The notes under the pieces: generated by a model | Told to the model about the DNA's origin: nothing | Database searches by the model: none | What the model saw: the letters and a program-made list of their open reading frames with translations, nothing else | Source: Lama glama | Lineage: Eukaryota | Assembly: GCA_028534125.1 (NCBI GenBank) | Contig: CM052816.1 | Span: 45,634,001-45,698,000 of the forward strand | Direction of reading: 5' to 3' | Length of the DNA stretch: 64,000 nucleotides | Translations under genes and position numbers: made by a program | Shown: one piece after another, positions 38,420 through 51,671 of the stretch | How positions within the stretch are numbered: the stretch's first letter is position 1 | How the letters are laid out: every line of letters starts with the position of its first letter

Positions 38420-41255
38420 CAGTATTATTATGTTTAAATTAAAATTTTATACTGTAGAATATACATTTTGGGATCATATTTTATATGTAGTAGAGAACAT
38501 ATTTTGAAACCATGTTGTAGGATAGAGCAAATAATAATTAAGAAATGACAATAAAGCCAAAGAAATTATGCAAGGTCTCTATAAGGTTAAAGTTAAGTTG
38601 GAAGTAGCACTAACACCTCATGACTTTTTTTCTTTGTAAAAATAAGTATTCCCTGACTCTGACCATTAAAAATGCTTCAAAGTAATGACAAATCAGTAAC
38701 ACTAAGCAGCAGTAGTGCCCAGATTTTGGTCTCTAAACACCATTCCCCACTGGAAGGAGCCAGGGCTCCTTAGAGGGATAACTGATGTCAGGGGAAGGAA
38801 ATACACAAAATGAACCTGAACATCTTATACCAGAAAGGAAACCACTGAAGATTAATGAAGTCATTCAATGGGACACAAGAGGAACATGAAACGGTTCCAC
38901 GAGCCAAAGACTAAGCTTTTGGGGCATCTAAAAGGGTAATGACTGCAACTGTCTGAAACACAATGAATGTATAAATCCTTATGTTTATAAGGGTACTAAA
39001 ACCTATCTCATTGGTGATCAGTTAGGGCAACTGAAAGCAACAAGGGCATCAACGCCTTACTCTGAAATTAACATTTAAAGGGGAAGAATTAAATATTTAT
39101 CCTGTATATCCTGGGTAAATTCCTTTTCAGAGTAACCAAACAGCCTAGTTAAGGAAAAAGGTTTTCCTTACCCAATTCCAACTAATGTAGCAAGAATTAG
39201 AAAAGCACCTGTTTGCAACTCCTAATACAATAATTAAGAAAATAAAATAATTAAGGATATTCATGGATGAAACATTTAGCAAAAATCAAAAAATGGATTA
39301 AAGACTTGAAGTTTAAGACCTGAAACCATAAAACTCCTGAAAGAAAACATAAGGGGCAAGCCCCTTGACAATGGTATTGGCAATGTCTTTCTGGATATGA
39401 CATCAAAAGCAAAGGCAACAAAAGCAAAAATAAGCAAATGGGACCATATCAAACTAAAAAGCTTCTGCTCAGCAGAAGAAACCATCAACAAAATGAAAAG
39501 GCAACCTGCAGAATGGGAAAAAATATCTGCATATCATATATCTGACAGGGAGTTAATATCCAAAATACATAAAGAACTCATATGACTCAATACCAAAAAG
39601 ACAATCTGATTAAAAACAGGCAGAGGAAGTGAATAGACATTTTCCAAAGATACAAAAGTGTCCAACAGCTACATGAAAAGGTGCTCAACATCATTAATCA
39701 TCCGGGAAATGCAAATCAAAACCACAATGAAGTATCACCTCATACTGTCAGAATGGCTATAAACAAAAAGACAAGAGATAAGTGTTGACAAGGATGTGGA
39801 GAAAAGCAGTTGTGCACTGCTGGTGAGAATGTAAATCAGTGCAGCCACTATAGAAAACATGATAAAGATTCCTCAAAAAAATTACAAATAGAATCACGCT
39901 ATGATCCAGGAATTCCACTTCTGCATATACATATCTGAAGGAAATGAAATCACTATCTCAAAGAGATATCTTCCCTCCCATGTTCACTGCAGCATTATTT
40001 AGCCAAAACATGGAAACACCCTAAGTGCCCATCAATGAATGAATGGATAAAGAAAATATAAGATATACAATGGAATATTATTCAGCCATAAAAAAGAAGG
40101 AAATCCTGTCATTTTGACAACATAGATGGACCTTTAGGACTTTATGTTAAGTGAAATAAGTCATAAAAAGAAAAATACTATACGATCTCACTTATATGTG
40201 GAATTGTAAAGAAACAAACTCAGAAACAGAGAAGATTGTTGGTTGCTAGAGGGGAGAGGAGAGGTAAGAAATGGGTGAAGGTATACGAAAAGTATAAACC
40301 CCCAGTTATAAAATAAGTCCTGGGGATGTCATGCACAGCATGGTGACTATAGTTAACAATACTGTATTGTATACTTGAAAGTTGCTAAGAGAGTAAATCT
40401 TAGAAGTTTTCATTACAAGAAAAAAAACTGTAACTATATGAGATGATGGATGTTATCTCAATTTACTGTGATAATCATTCTGCGATACCTACATGTATAA
40501 AATCATTATGTTGTACACCTTGAACTAACACTATGTTATATGTCAATTGTATCTCAATAAAGCTGGGGTCCGGGGAGCTGTCAACGGGACACCTGTGAAT
40601 GGAGAGACTGGGCTTTCACCACGCGAACTCGCTGATGACTCCCAGTGTCACTCACGTGAGAGAGCCAGATGTGACACCACATGAAGTTTAGAGCACCACC
40701 TTCACAGCACTCTTGCCCAAGGAACAAAACCTGAATTCAACAGCAGCTGTAAAGCTAGCTCTCAATTTACTAGTGACAAAAAAAGGGGATAAACACATTA
40801 AGTAGTCCAAAGAGAAAGAAACAATCAAATCCAGAACAAGGATATTCTAGGGGACAAATGACCCCTAGAGGTTCTTCAACAAATCAATAGCACAGGGGAA
40901 AAGGGAGATTCAAGGAGACTGTGAGAGACTGTCAGACAGAATTATCTAGGAATTATTTATATCCTAATCATTAGAGTCAAATTCTAAAAAGATATTTTTG
41001 AGACAATCAAGGAAATGTTAATACAGACTCATTACTGAATGAGACTATGGAATTATTGTTAATTTTATTAGGTAGGATAATAGCATTGGGGTTATGTAAG
41101 AAAACACTCATATTTTTTACAGCTTCATTTTGTGAAATTTTGAGATTCATGAAACCAAATCTTGAAAATTGGCAATTCTGGGTCGTGAGTGTAAAGGGGT
41201 TCATTTTACTGTTCTCTGCATTCATGTGAATATCTGAAAGCTTTCATAATAATAC
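38420..41255 (+). mobile_element. Old L1MC-type 3'UTR, split by the younger L1 at 39280-40567
   Basis: cccagattttggtctctaaacaccattccccactggaaggagccagggctcctt resembles recalled L1MC 3'UTR; boundaries approximate. Confidence 0.55.
39280..40567 (+). mobile_element. LINE-1 3' fragment (L1MA-like)
   Basis: ORF2 remnant MTSKAKATKAKISKWDHIKLKSFCSAEETINKMKRQPAEWEKI; 3'UTR ending tatctcaataaagct. Confidence 0.9.
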
Positions 41256-42384
41256 ATTTTTACTGGCAAACCCACATAACAATCAAACGTTTAATCTTAA
41301 TTTAACACTAACTCTTCTTTTACCCCGATCAGGGCGTGCTGCAAGCTGGTGGCTTACAGTGGGCGAAGGGGCTGTGTCCTCTTCTCTTTGTCCATCTAGA
41401 GTTCACCCCTCCCTCAGCTGGCCAACTGGTTTCCCATCCCCACTGTGGGCAGAGCAAGGCGGGAGTCAGGACTGAGGAGAGGTACGGAGACAGGTTCTTA
41501 CTTGATGCGACTGTCATGAGACGACTTTGTCTCCACAGCCTGGCTGAGCTCTTCCTGTGGATCCTTTTGCAGGTTCCACAGAGGTTTCACTGCTGAGCCC
41601 CATCAACTAAATCCCCCAGAGGCAGGCGGTGCTTCTCTTTCAGCTGGCTAATCCAGATCCCCGCTGGCTCCTGCCCCAGCAATATACTCACAGCAAATTA
41701 TTACTGGGCTCCCCTTGCCGCCTCTTAGGCAAGATCCCTTTAACACGACCTCAGGCTGACATCCCTATTGTGAGAGCCACAGCTGGCCCTGGGGCTCATC
41801 TCTCTTTGTGCAGCCGTGGGAGGGGATGCCAGTCAGCCCAGACACATCCCTCCATCCTGCTGCCACAGGCCACCTTAGCTCTCTCGGGAATCACTCAGGA
41901 AATTTTTTGCTCTGGTCCTCCCCCACAAATCAAACTCCCCAAGGAGAACTGAAGCCCTCCTCATCACACTTGAACAAGGCACAGATACCCATGGGACAGG
42001 GGCTGGTCACAGCACTTGCACGGCTCTCCCAACGTAAATTCTGCTCGGAAAACCCTCTCTCAGACTTCACTCTTTCGGATTTTTTATATATATTACATGA
42101 AGAAATTCCTAAACTATGCAATTAGTTTCTGTTGTCTTCTTTGAAATTCTGAGTCTCGATAATTTCTTACAGCTCATTTTAACATTTGATATTCATATTT
42201 CTTGGTGCCTCAGTTGAAAATTCCTATTTAAAAATGCATGAATATATTGCCTTCAGGAGGTCGAAGTGGCTTTTTTTCCTTTTAAGTTACTCAGAAGCCA
42301 CACCCTCTGCCAAACTGCCATCACCTCAACAAAGGAGTCCGTCACAGCTACTTTTCTTACTACTTTGATGAGTAACAACAGCAG

Positions 42385-42867
42385 TGTAGTGGTTTTAAAA
42401 TATGGCTCCACAGTTTTTTGACACTTTTCCACTGACAGATGGGCTATATGTCTCCTATGCTTAAATCTAAGCTCTCTGGCCACTTGTCCACGGAATTCAG
42501 TGGAAGTGAATACAGTACTAGCTTCCAGGCCCAAACCTTAACACACTGGTAGCTTCCACTTCCTGTCCCTTAAATAACACTTGCTCAGGGAACCTGATCA
42601 CCACACTGTGAGGAAGTGCAAGTCTCCCCTTGGTGTGGCCCACATGGAAAGGAGCCGACAGCCAGGATCAACTTGCCAGCCATTACGAGCAAGACACCTT
42701 GGGAGAGGATCCCTAACCCCACGCAAGCTGCCCCAGGAGACACTGTGTGGAGCAGAGACAAGCTGTGCCCACCAAGCCCCATCCAAGTTCCAGACGCGTT
42801 AGCAAAATAAGTGGTTATTTTAAGCCATTAAAATAACCATTAGAGTGCTTGGTTATAACTGAAGCAT
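42385..42867 (+). mobile_element. MaLR LTR (MLT1F/G-like)
   Basis: tgtagtggttttaaaatatggctccac...agcttccacttcctg...ttttaagcca...ataactgaagca. Confidence 0.75.
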
Positions 42868-42929
42868 ATATAACTGGGGGCTCCTCTTCAAGGAAGAGCA
42901 TCAAATTAAATACAAAATTGTTAGGGGCT

Positions 42930-43780
42930 GTTACCTCTCTCTGCAATCTCTGGCTTTCAGCCTTTCTATGTCCTTATGTTTAACGTGTGTGTCTTATAAA
43001 CAGCATGTAATTAATTTTTTTTTGTCTCTTCTGGTAATCTATGTGCTTGTCTGAAGAGTTCAATTCATATTCATTCACTTATTATAATTAACCTTACATT
43101 TAGATTTTTTTCTGTCACATGATTTTGAAGGGTTTTTTGCCCTGCTCTTACAGTTTAATTTTTTCTTCTTTCTTTCCTTTGCTGTGCTTGTGGATGCCTT
43201 TGTTTGTTGAGAGAGTTCATTTTTTTCTTGTAAACTTTCAAAGGTTTAAAGTTAATACCCTCACCTTACTGGCAAACAATGAAAGGATCTTAGAATGCTT
43301 AGCCCAATCATCTGTCCCGCAAGCCCCATTATCACGCTAATTTCGCTCACAACATAAGCTACAGCTTGTTTTACTTAACTCTCAGTATTTAACATTAGAC
43401 TTACAGAACTTAAGCACTCACATTTTCTTCACTTATCCAAAAGTGTACTCTCTACTTTTATCAACATTCTTTACATCTTATACCCTTCTGGGGTCACTTC
43501 CTTCTTTCTGAAGTTCATGAGATAATAGGAAAATACTACTGAAATATTACTGATGTCTGTTACTAACAGATAAAATAGATTTTAAGGCAGAAAGCATTAC
43601 TACAGATAAAGACAGTCATTATACAACAACAAAAATATCAATTTACCAGGAGATACTATAAGCTAAAACATAGCTTCAAAATATATAAAACAAAAATTGC
43701 CAGGGGGAGGGTACAGCTCAACTGGGAGAGTGCATGTTCGGCATGCACGAGGTCCTAGGTTTAATCCCCAGCACCTCCAT

Positions 43781-43827
<47 letters not shown>

Positions 43828-44402
43828 TAAATAAATAAATAAACCTAGTTACCTCCCCCCTCAAAAAAATCGCTAGAACCTCAAAGAGAAGTGAGGAATT
43901 TATATTCATATTCTCTTTCTCTCTCTCTCTGTAGTTGATATACCAGATTCACAAAAATTAGGAAGGATATGGAGGATTCTAACCACACAGTTAATAAGCT
44001 TGGCCTGATGATCTGACGGGCATATGGAATATATTCCCAACAATCAGAGAATACACTGTTCTTTTTAACACACAGGAAAGGTTTACAAAAACTGACAATT
44101 AATTCCAAAAATTGAATATCATACAGACCTTTCATTCTGAATACAATAAAATTCATTGATAAACTGACACTACCTAAAACCAAAATTAAAACAGTGTCAC
44201 TCAGAAATTTTTAAAAAACAAGTCCTAGAAAAACTCATAAGTCAAAGCAGCAATCATGGAAACAGGAACCTGAATGATGTAAAATCTAATTTGAGGGTTC
44301 GTAGAAGGCTTTGTCAAGGAAGTATTTACATTAGAAAATAAAAAGGCTAAAGATTAATGTGCTAAGGATCCAAAATCAACCTACAAAGTAAAAAAAAAAA
44401 AA
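42930..44402. mobile_element. Old LINE-1 ORF2 5' (endonuclease) region in two opposed pieces: minus ~42930-43515, plus ~43516-44402
   Basis: Both pieces resemble degenerate L1 inter-ORF/ORF2 start (KIDFKAESITTDKDSHY.., catgctgtttataagacacacac..). Confidence 0.7.
43703..43869 (+). mobile_element. tRNA-Ala-derived SINE with internal (TAAG)11 microsatellite, nested in an L1
   Basis: SINE head, TAAG x11 at 43781-43824, conserved tail; flanks are L1 ORF2-like on both sides. Confidence 0.9.
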
Positions 44403-44544
44403 TTTGAGGTTGGAACTTGAGCTCTCGTAGCTTTGAGGTAAATTTAAATCCTCTTCAGGGATCTAGAGGAGGCAAAAGGAGCTAAAGAAGAAGATATCCT
44501 TAGGCACCTTAATCATCCATAATTCGGACTTCATGTGTGACAAT

Positions 44545-44790
44545 ATTAGCTAATAGCCAACTTTACTAAGTGCTGGGTGCTGTTCTAATTGCTTTACACA
44601 TGTTAATTCATTTGATCCTCATAGCACCCATGTGAAATATAAGATAGGTACTATAATTACGCTCATTTTCAGATGAGGAACCTGAGATATGGAGGGATTA
44701 AATATATTTGTCAAGACAGCACCGTGGAAATGCAAAGCCAGAGTACAAATTCAAGCTCCCAAGGTTCAGATCTTATGCTCTTGACTAAAT
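44545..44790 (-). mobile_element. MIR SINE
   Basis: ctcattttcagatgaggaacctgaga core. Confidence 0.75.
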
Positions 44791-46715
44791 ACTAGATTAA
44801 TAATCTTTATTAACAAAAGAATCTTGCTAATAGTCATATAGGGAAGATAATTTTAAAAGCCCCTACTCCATACCTCCTATCATACAAAAATGCCATGAAA
44901 TAAAAAGTGCACATCTTTATTCTGTTTGTTACTACACTCAGCCTCTTAATGGCAGCACAGCCTACCCACTGGCATAGTCTGGTGAATAAAACAGCCCCAC
45001 ACCGAATGCTTAATGATGTAATAAGAATAGTCATATTATGTACCATTTCACACCCAGACTGATTTGCCATTTGCAAGGTAATTAGTTGTCATATAGATTT
45101 TATTTGTAGCTGACATGATACATTAATAAGAGCAGAAGCAATGAAAGAAGTAAGTATGCAGCCCTAATTCTTTCCATGGCTACATTCATCTCCTGTGTTG
45201 AAAGAAGTGAGCCTGGGGCTGGAGGGAAAAGGTGTTGGTTGCCCAGTAGAGTAGCGTTAGGATTTCTGAACATACAGTGCCATGAAATCACTGGAATTTT
45301 ACATCATTAAAAATCACTCTAAAATCTAAATAAATTTTAAGGTCAGCAGCTATAATAAAATGTGTAAGTAGAAATCATTGTGTTTTCCAAATCCATGGGA
45401 GAGAGCTTCAGTTGAAAAGGAATGAATGAATGACCAACTTCCAATATAACAGCTTTCATGAGTATTAGTGAGAAATAAAAAGAGGATGATGTAAAATCCT
45501 CTGCAAGCAAAAACAGCTTCTGGAAATTCTATTAATCATATTATTCCAAAGTCTCAAGTAGTAGGGATAGCACTGACATAAAAGCTAGTGTACTTTAGTC
45601 ACCTAAAAACATGAATAATTTCCAAAATTTGCCGACGTTCTGTAAGAAAGGTATTTAAATACTATGTAAAATTGCCACACAATGATCAAATTGCTTTACA
45701 CTGGTATTCAAAGATTACTTCCAATTATTTATAATTTTGGTAACAAATGTTCAAAAGAATTACAGTCCTGGCTGAGGTTTGGAAATATTTTCATTACAAT
45801 GAGGTTTTCAATGTAATACTACCCAATGAATCATATTTGTTTATACTAGTAGATTTAAGATAGGAAGTCAATTCATTTTAAAATTAATAGAAATATTCTT
45901 GTGAGACACCAAAATAACAAAATTATTAATGAGTGGACAATTTTTGGACATTAAATTGAAAACCTGGGTTTGTTGTTGTTTTTAATTAATTTTGTTGATT
46001 TTTATGAGTCTTCATTTCATCTACAAAGTAAAAAAATGAAGAGGTTATTAAAACTACATAAATTAATTTATACGAACATATATTGCATACCACAAGACAC
46101 TAAGCAAATATATTTTTTAGGTTTTATCAAAGGCCTAGAATATTTTGCCTTTAGCAAAATTAGACAAATTTGTTCAAATGTCAATTTATTTTATAAAGTG
46201 AATCAGACCCTTTCAAGAAACTAGTTAAGGATTCAGATAAACAAATACATAAATGTACAGACACATACCTACGTATATACACACCAGAATGAGTGATATC
46301 TGACTAACCATACATTAGCAAACTGGACAAGTCTTTTACTTAAAGCCCGATTCTCAGTCAAGTGATTTACTGAATTGCCCTCATTAACAAAATAATGTTA
46401 AAGCTTCTGTAATTTGCCTTAGAAGAAAAAATAAATTTATCTAATTTTACCAATTCAACCAACATTATTCAGATGAGTCCCTACCAAAAAAGACAGAAGT
46501 CATCGGAAAATGGAATTCAGATAATAATATTCAATCACATTTCTGATTTTGGTATATACTAGATAAGTCAGTCATGCCAGACACTACCATACTTCCCTTC
46601 TTAGGAAGACCAACAGCCAGCAGTGAGGGAGAAGTCGTTAGCTGCAAATTGCTCCTTCATTTTGTTTTCTCACAGTCGGTTGTATTAACTGTCTTAGTTA
46701 ACTGGAAGAGCTTTG

Positions 46716-47097
46716 TGCAATGGAATATTATTCAGCCATAAAAAAGAACAAGGTAGTGATACATGCTACAACATGATAAATCTTGGAAACATCATAGTAA
46801 CTGGCAGAAGGCAGACACCAAAGGCCAAGTATTGGTTGATTCCAGAAGAAGCACATTTATAGGGATAGAAAGTAGACTGGTTGCCAGGAGCTTGGGCGGG
46901 GGGGGGGGTGCGGAGAGAATGGGAAGTGAAAGCTAACAGGTACAGGATTTCTTTTTGAGGTGATGAAAATATTAAGGAATCGACAATGGTGAAAATTGCA
47001 CAACTTTGTAAATACATTAAGTATCACTGAATTACCCACTTTGAAAGGCGATTTTTTTTTTTTTGGTAAGAGAATTATATCTCAATTTAAAAAAAAA
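46716..47097 (+). mobile_element. LINE-1 3'-end fragment (L1MB-like)
   Basis: caatggaatattattcagccataaaaaagaa...attatatctcaat plus A tail. Confidence 0.8.
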
Positions 47098-50000
47098 TCC
47101 AACCCACCCTGCATATTCAGCTGTCTTTTTCTCATCCATCAACAGTTCCAGTCAAGTAGATCTAATGTGCATCTGGGACAAGACAGCCAGATCATTCTTA
47201 CCTTTGCCACTTCGATCCAAGATACTCCCCAGGCCCTTCTCTCAGCCTCTCCCCACATCCTCTGCTTTACCTCTCTTCAAAGCTCAGATCAAGTCCTACA
47301 TTTTCCAAAACACTTTCCATCCTTAGTTGATTAGTCTGCCAGAGGACAGGTAAGCCTACTTATCTCATTCCTACTCATCAGTACTGTTGAATCTAGTTGA
47401 ATACACAAACCATTCTAGCTACAGCTACAGGCAGGGCTTTCTCTTTATATCACAGATTGGAAATATAGAAGATAATGCAATCCTTTCATATATGTTCTCA
47501 AAATTATAATGCTTAATGATAATTGCAAGGCTTGTATCTAATACACTTCTCTCTATTATGCCTTCTTTCAGTTAAAAATTATTTGAAAATGAGAAATGTA
47601 TTATTTTACTTCCAAATAATTACATAAGTACAACTTTGCAAAAACAGGATTGCATTAAAAGATGAGCTAAATTGAATTACTGCTCCATGACATGGATTAA
47701 AGGATAACATCATTCCAATTATCCTGACAAATGGATTATCATAACATACAGTGGTTCCTTCAGAGGGATGAGTATATACATGAAGGGTACTAATATTACC
47801 CAATTGTCAGAATTTATAACTAAAGAAGCTAACAAAATCTTATTTCCAACTGGCACACAAATACAATCCCTTGAATTATTTCCACAATATGACTCAGAGC
47901 ACTTGTTCATTAGTTATAACACTTTTAAAAAATTATTTTCTTTTACACCTATTACCCACAGAATTCTTTCTTGCAGAAAGGAGCAAAGTCAATATAAATA
48001 ATTAAGAATTGCTTCTTCTTTGTTACTTCTGAGTCATCTTAATTAATTCCAATATATATACCCACCATTTACTGCACATATTACACGCAGAAATAAACTA
48101 TTAAGAGTGCCACACAATGCCTTTTTGAAGTTGCATTTGATTTGAAGTTATTCAGTGTCTTTCAACCTATGCCACATTTCAATAATGACTATTTAATAAT
48201 GGCAATCATCCCCTTATTAGCTTGGCATTTCATTTTCCTTGCCCTATGGCACCCTACAGTTGAAGGCAAGGAAAACTCTCCGGTGATTAGTTATTTAAGA
48301 CCAGCAACAAAAACTATGCTGGAGAGAAGGCTACTTGGAGAGGACTGCATAAGAGCTGCAGCTCAACAGCCTCTGACAGAGAGCAGCAAATTATAAACCC
48401 AAGTACTTCGTTGCATGTAACCAAATTGGCTAGTTGAAATGCTAATTGCCTTTCAGCAAAACTAAAGATAGACAGGGGACCTTGTGCTTCAAAGAACGAA
48501 ATGCATTTTTATTCCACTTCTGCACTATTGTCTTGCTGAGAATCATTTGAAATCTATTCATAAAGGTAGCTCTTTCCCTAACCTTTAAGATGTGGGAACT
48601 TTATTTAGCCCCTACCAGCACCTCCAAGTGCTGATGTGCCAAGATGCGAACAGATGGTTGGATTTAAGCCATCTTAAGCCCCTAATAAAGTAAAGCATGA
48701 AAGAATTCTACTCCCAAATATATAGTACAGATCAAGAAAATGTGTCTAGGGAAAAGGAATTTTGAATAACAAATAAATCTATGAAATTAAAATAATCAAA
48801 TCATATAATCGTTAAAACATGAATATTTTCAATGTAATTACATTCAAGTGCATATGGACGGTGCTATCATTGTCTCTCTCAAAGAGACCCCCAGCCTCCC
48901 TTTATAACTAATAACTTTGTCTTAGTTCAAAACTCATTTATGGACAACTATTTCAACAGCCAGTTTTCCCCCTTCATATGAAAGAGGATCCTTTCTGGGT
49001 TTTCAGAATCCAGAATAAATGAATGAGAAATGCCCTCTCAGCACCCTGCCATCATCTGAGGTATAGCTAGACTCACGCCTGGCTGCACCAGAAAGGGCCC
49101 CGTGACCACCTGCCCAACAGCTGGGGGAGGGACTTGGTCTGGTATATTTTAGTGTATAGTGTGTCACAGTGGAATCAGAAAACACAGCTTTTGTATTAAC
49201 ACAGCCTCCTGGGTCCCAGCTCCACCCGTCTCCTCCTCTGCCACACCTCTATCAGGGCGACAAAGCTCGGGTGCTGAGGCTTCCTGTGTGGCCTGACATG
49301 CTGGCATATCAGGGAGCCCTCCATACATGCAAAGATGCCTCCTGTCCCCCGAGTCCTGCCTTGTGAAGGAAAAAAATAGGCATGCATGCTTGGGGAAATT
49401 AACTTTCTGTGCACTTCATCCTGCATGAGAGGGAAAGAGTCTGGCTTATTAGTAGTAAGTTTATCTTCCATTTCTCAACAAATATCTTTGTTTATATAAT
49501 GTCTGAGCTGCCTGAGAGTGGCAGAATACTAAGACTAAATAGAGCTTTAAACTGTAAACAGTTTCAATAAATAATTCAGCTCTCACCCTGATTCGATAGG
49601 AGTTAAGGGAAAAAAGACATCTCTCTGGCTAGATGTTCAACAAAACCTTTGGACGATGGCATTCCTGGTCAATTTTTTTTTTCTGGACTTTTTGAATTTC
49701 CCACATACCTCTGTACTATCTTTACAATAGGAAAAAAAAAGTTATTTGCAAGTCAGAACGAGAGAAAGAAATCTACACTCAACTGTGTGTAATACTTAGC
49801 TATGTGATTTTTCTCTCACAAAATCAGGGAAATGCCCATCCATATCTCTCCATGGTAACATACATTTTACAATGAAATTACACAATCATCATCTAAGGAG
49901 CTCAATATGCTTTAAAATTTATGTATAAATTATCTAGCTACCTTCTATATAAAGTCAAAAGTAGGGATGGCACAGTGCTTTCCCTGTGCAGATTTTGGAC

Positions 50001-50198
50001 CCAGTGCATAAAATAATTCCCTGTTACAGGTAAATGTGCAACAAAGCTATTTATTCAATGTATTAACCACTTTGCTAAATCCTGGAGATACTAGAGAAAT
50101 ATATAACACAGTCACTCATCCTCAAAGATTTTGTATCCTAATTGGGGCAACTTGAAAATTTCAAGAATTGTAGGACAGCAATGTAAAAAAGACATAAA

Positions 50199-50335
50199 GT
50201 GGGAAGGCATAGCTCAGTGGTACAGTGCATACCTAGCACGCATGAGGTCCTGGGTTCAATACCTCCATTACCTCCATTAAATAAACAAACAAACAAACAA
50301 ACTTAATTACCTCCCCCACCAAAAAAAGGGTAACT
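50199..50335 (+). mobile_element. tRNA-Ala-derived SINE (Vic-1-like)
   Basis: Head and tail match other copies; degenerate TSD taaaaaagacataa / taaaaaaggacatga. Confidence 0.88.
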
Positions 50336-51299
50336 TAAAAAAGGACATGAGGCAGCATTCGGTTGAGTGGCAATAAATCAAACATTTAACGACCAACTTA
50401 ACCTGTTAATATGCTTTTCACTTACTAGTTTCTTGAAATGCGCAGGTGACTAAAGTCATAAATGGGAAAATACAAATAAGTGACTTGGAGTCTCTTAACT
50501 TTTCCAAGTTTCAAATTCCAAAATATAAAATAAAGGATTGGTCTAGTTTGGCTCCAAGTCTCCTCCCAGGGCTTAAGGATTTCAGTGTTGTGTTCACAGC
50601 GTATGAATTTCTGAACAGTAAAGTGTCATGCACCTAATCTATATCAAAATAGATTTTCTTTGTGGACCCTCCCAGAGCATAGATCTTTCTACCTCAGTTT
50701 CTTCACCTTCAAATCAGAGTAACAGAGTCTGATGATTAAAACTAAAGCTACTCTATTTAAAGGGCCTAAGGAGAATTTCTGATAAATAGAGGACATTCAA
50801 TAAATGTAGCATAATATTATCATTCATCATGGGAATATGCACAGAAGGGTTTAGTCACAGCTGATTCTGCTGTGAACAGTCTTTTTCTTTGGGCGTAGCA
50901 TAGGCAGGGACATCTCCAAATGGAAAGATATCTAAAATATTTTTGCTTAACATTAGCCTCTGACTTCCTATATCATTTCTAATCATTATTTTTATTACCA
51001 CCAAAACATTTATGTTCCAAATGTATCTTATGTTATCATTTTCTAACAATGAATACAATTAGAATTCAATATTTGATAAAATATATACATTTAACTATAA
51101 TTGTTGATATTAAAATATGATAAAGGTTGACTGATACATCATTTCATATCTGATGATATCAAGACTCACTGTTGTTGCCTAATTTACCTTCACTCCATTG
51201 TGGACTTACATTTCAGTGTAAGATTATTTCTTAACTGGTGTTTATGGGCATTTTCAGTTTTTAATCATCACATTTAGTATAGCATAGATGCTCAGTACT

Positions 51300-51490
51300 C
51301 AGGAAAAATTCTTGATTAGCTCTTACTAACTGGGGAACTTTGGACAAGGAGCTTAAACTTTCCATGCCTCAGTGTCTCTATCTGTAAATTGGGATATATT
51401 TAATTTATGGTGCTGTTGTGTTAAATAAAATAATCTTTATATAAAGGGTTTCTCAGACTTGATTACATAGCAGGCATTCAATACTGGGTA
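51300..51490 (+). mobile_element. MIR SINE
   Basis: actttggacaaggagcttaaactttccatgcctcagtgtctctatctgtaaattggg. Confidence 0.65.
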
Positions 51491-51546
51491 ACTGTCACTC
51501 ACCATGGAAATAGGAACATGGAGATAGGCTTCGGTCATACTCTTTT

Positions 51547-51671
51547 CGCGTGTGGAGGGGAGCGGGTAATTAGGTTTACTGATTTATTTTTGGAGGAGGT
51601 ACTGGGGATTGAACCCAGGACCTTGTGCATGCTAAGCATACACTCTATCACTTGAGCTATACCCTCCCCCC
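51547..51671 (-). mobile_element. tRNA-Ala-derived SINE (Vic-1-like)
   Basis: Reverse-complement copy; TSD tcatactctttt / tcatactttttt. Confidence 0.9.

Noticed and set aside
36349..39585. ORFs with L1-like peptides
   Set aside because: Fragments of truncated, stop-riddled LINE-1 copies; no intact ORF2.
41318..42125. GC-richer block with several 60-107 aa ORFs
   Set aside because: No recognisable protein or splice structure; probably an ancient LTR-like relic that I cannot name with confidence.
22450..47360. Strong plus-strand donor motifs (~22457, ~28905, ~29745, ~47350) suggesting an antisense lncRNA
   Set aside because: Frequency is compatible with chance; no promoter or exon chain can be established from sequence alone.
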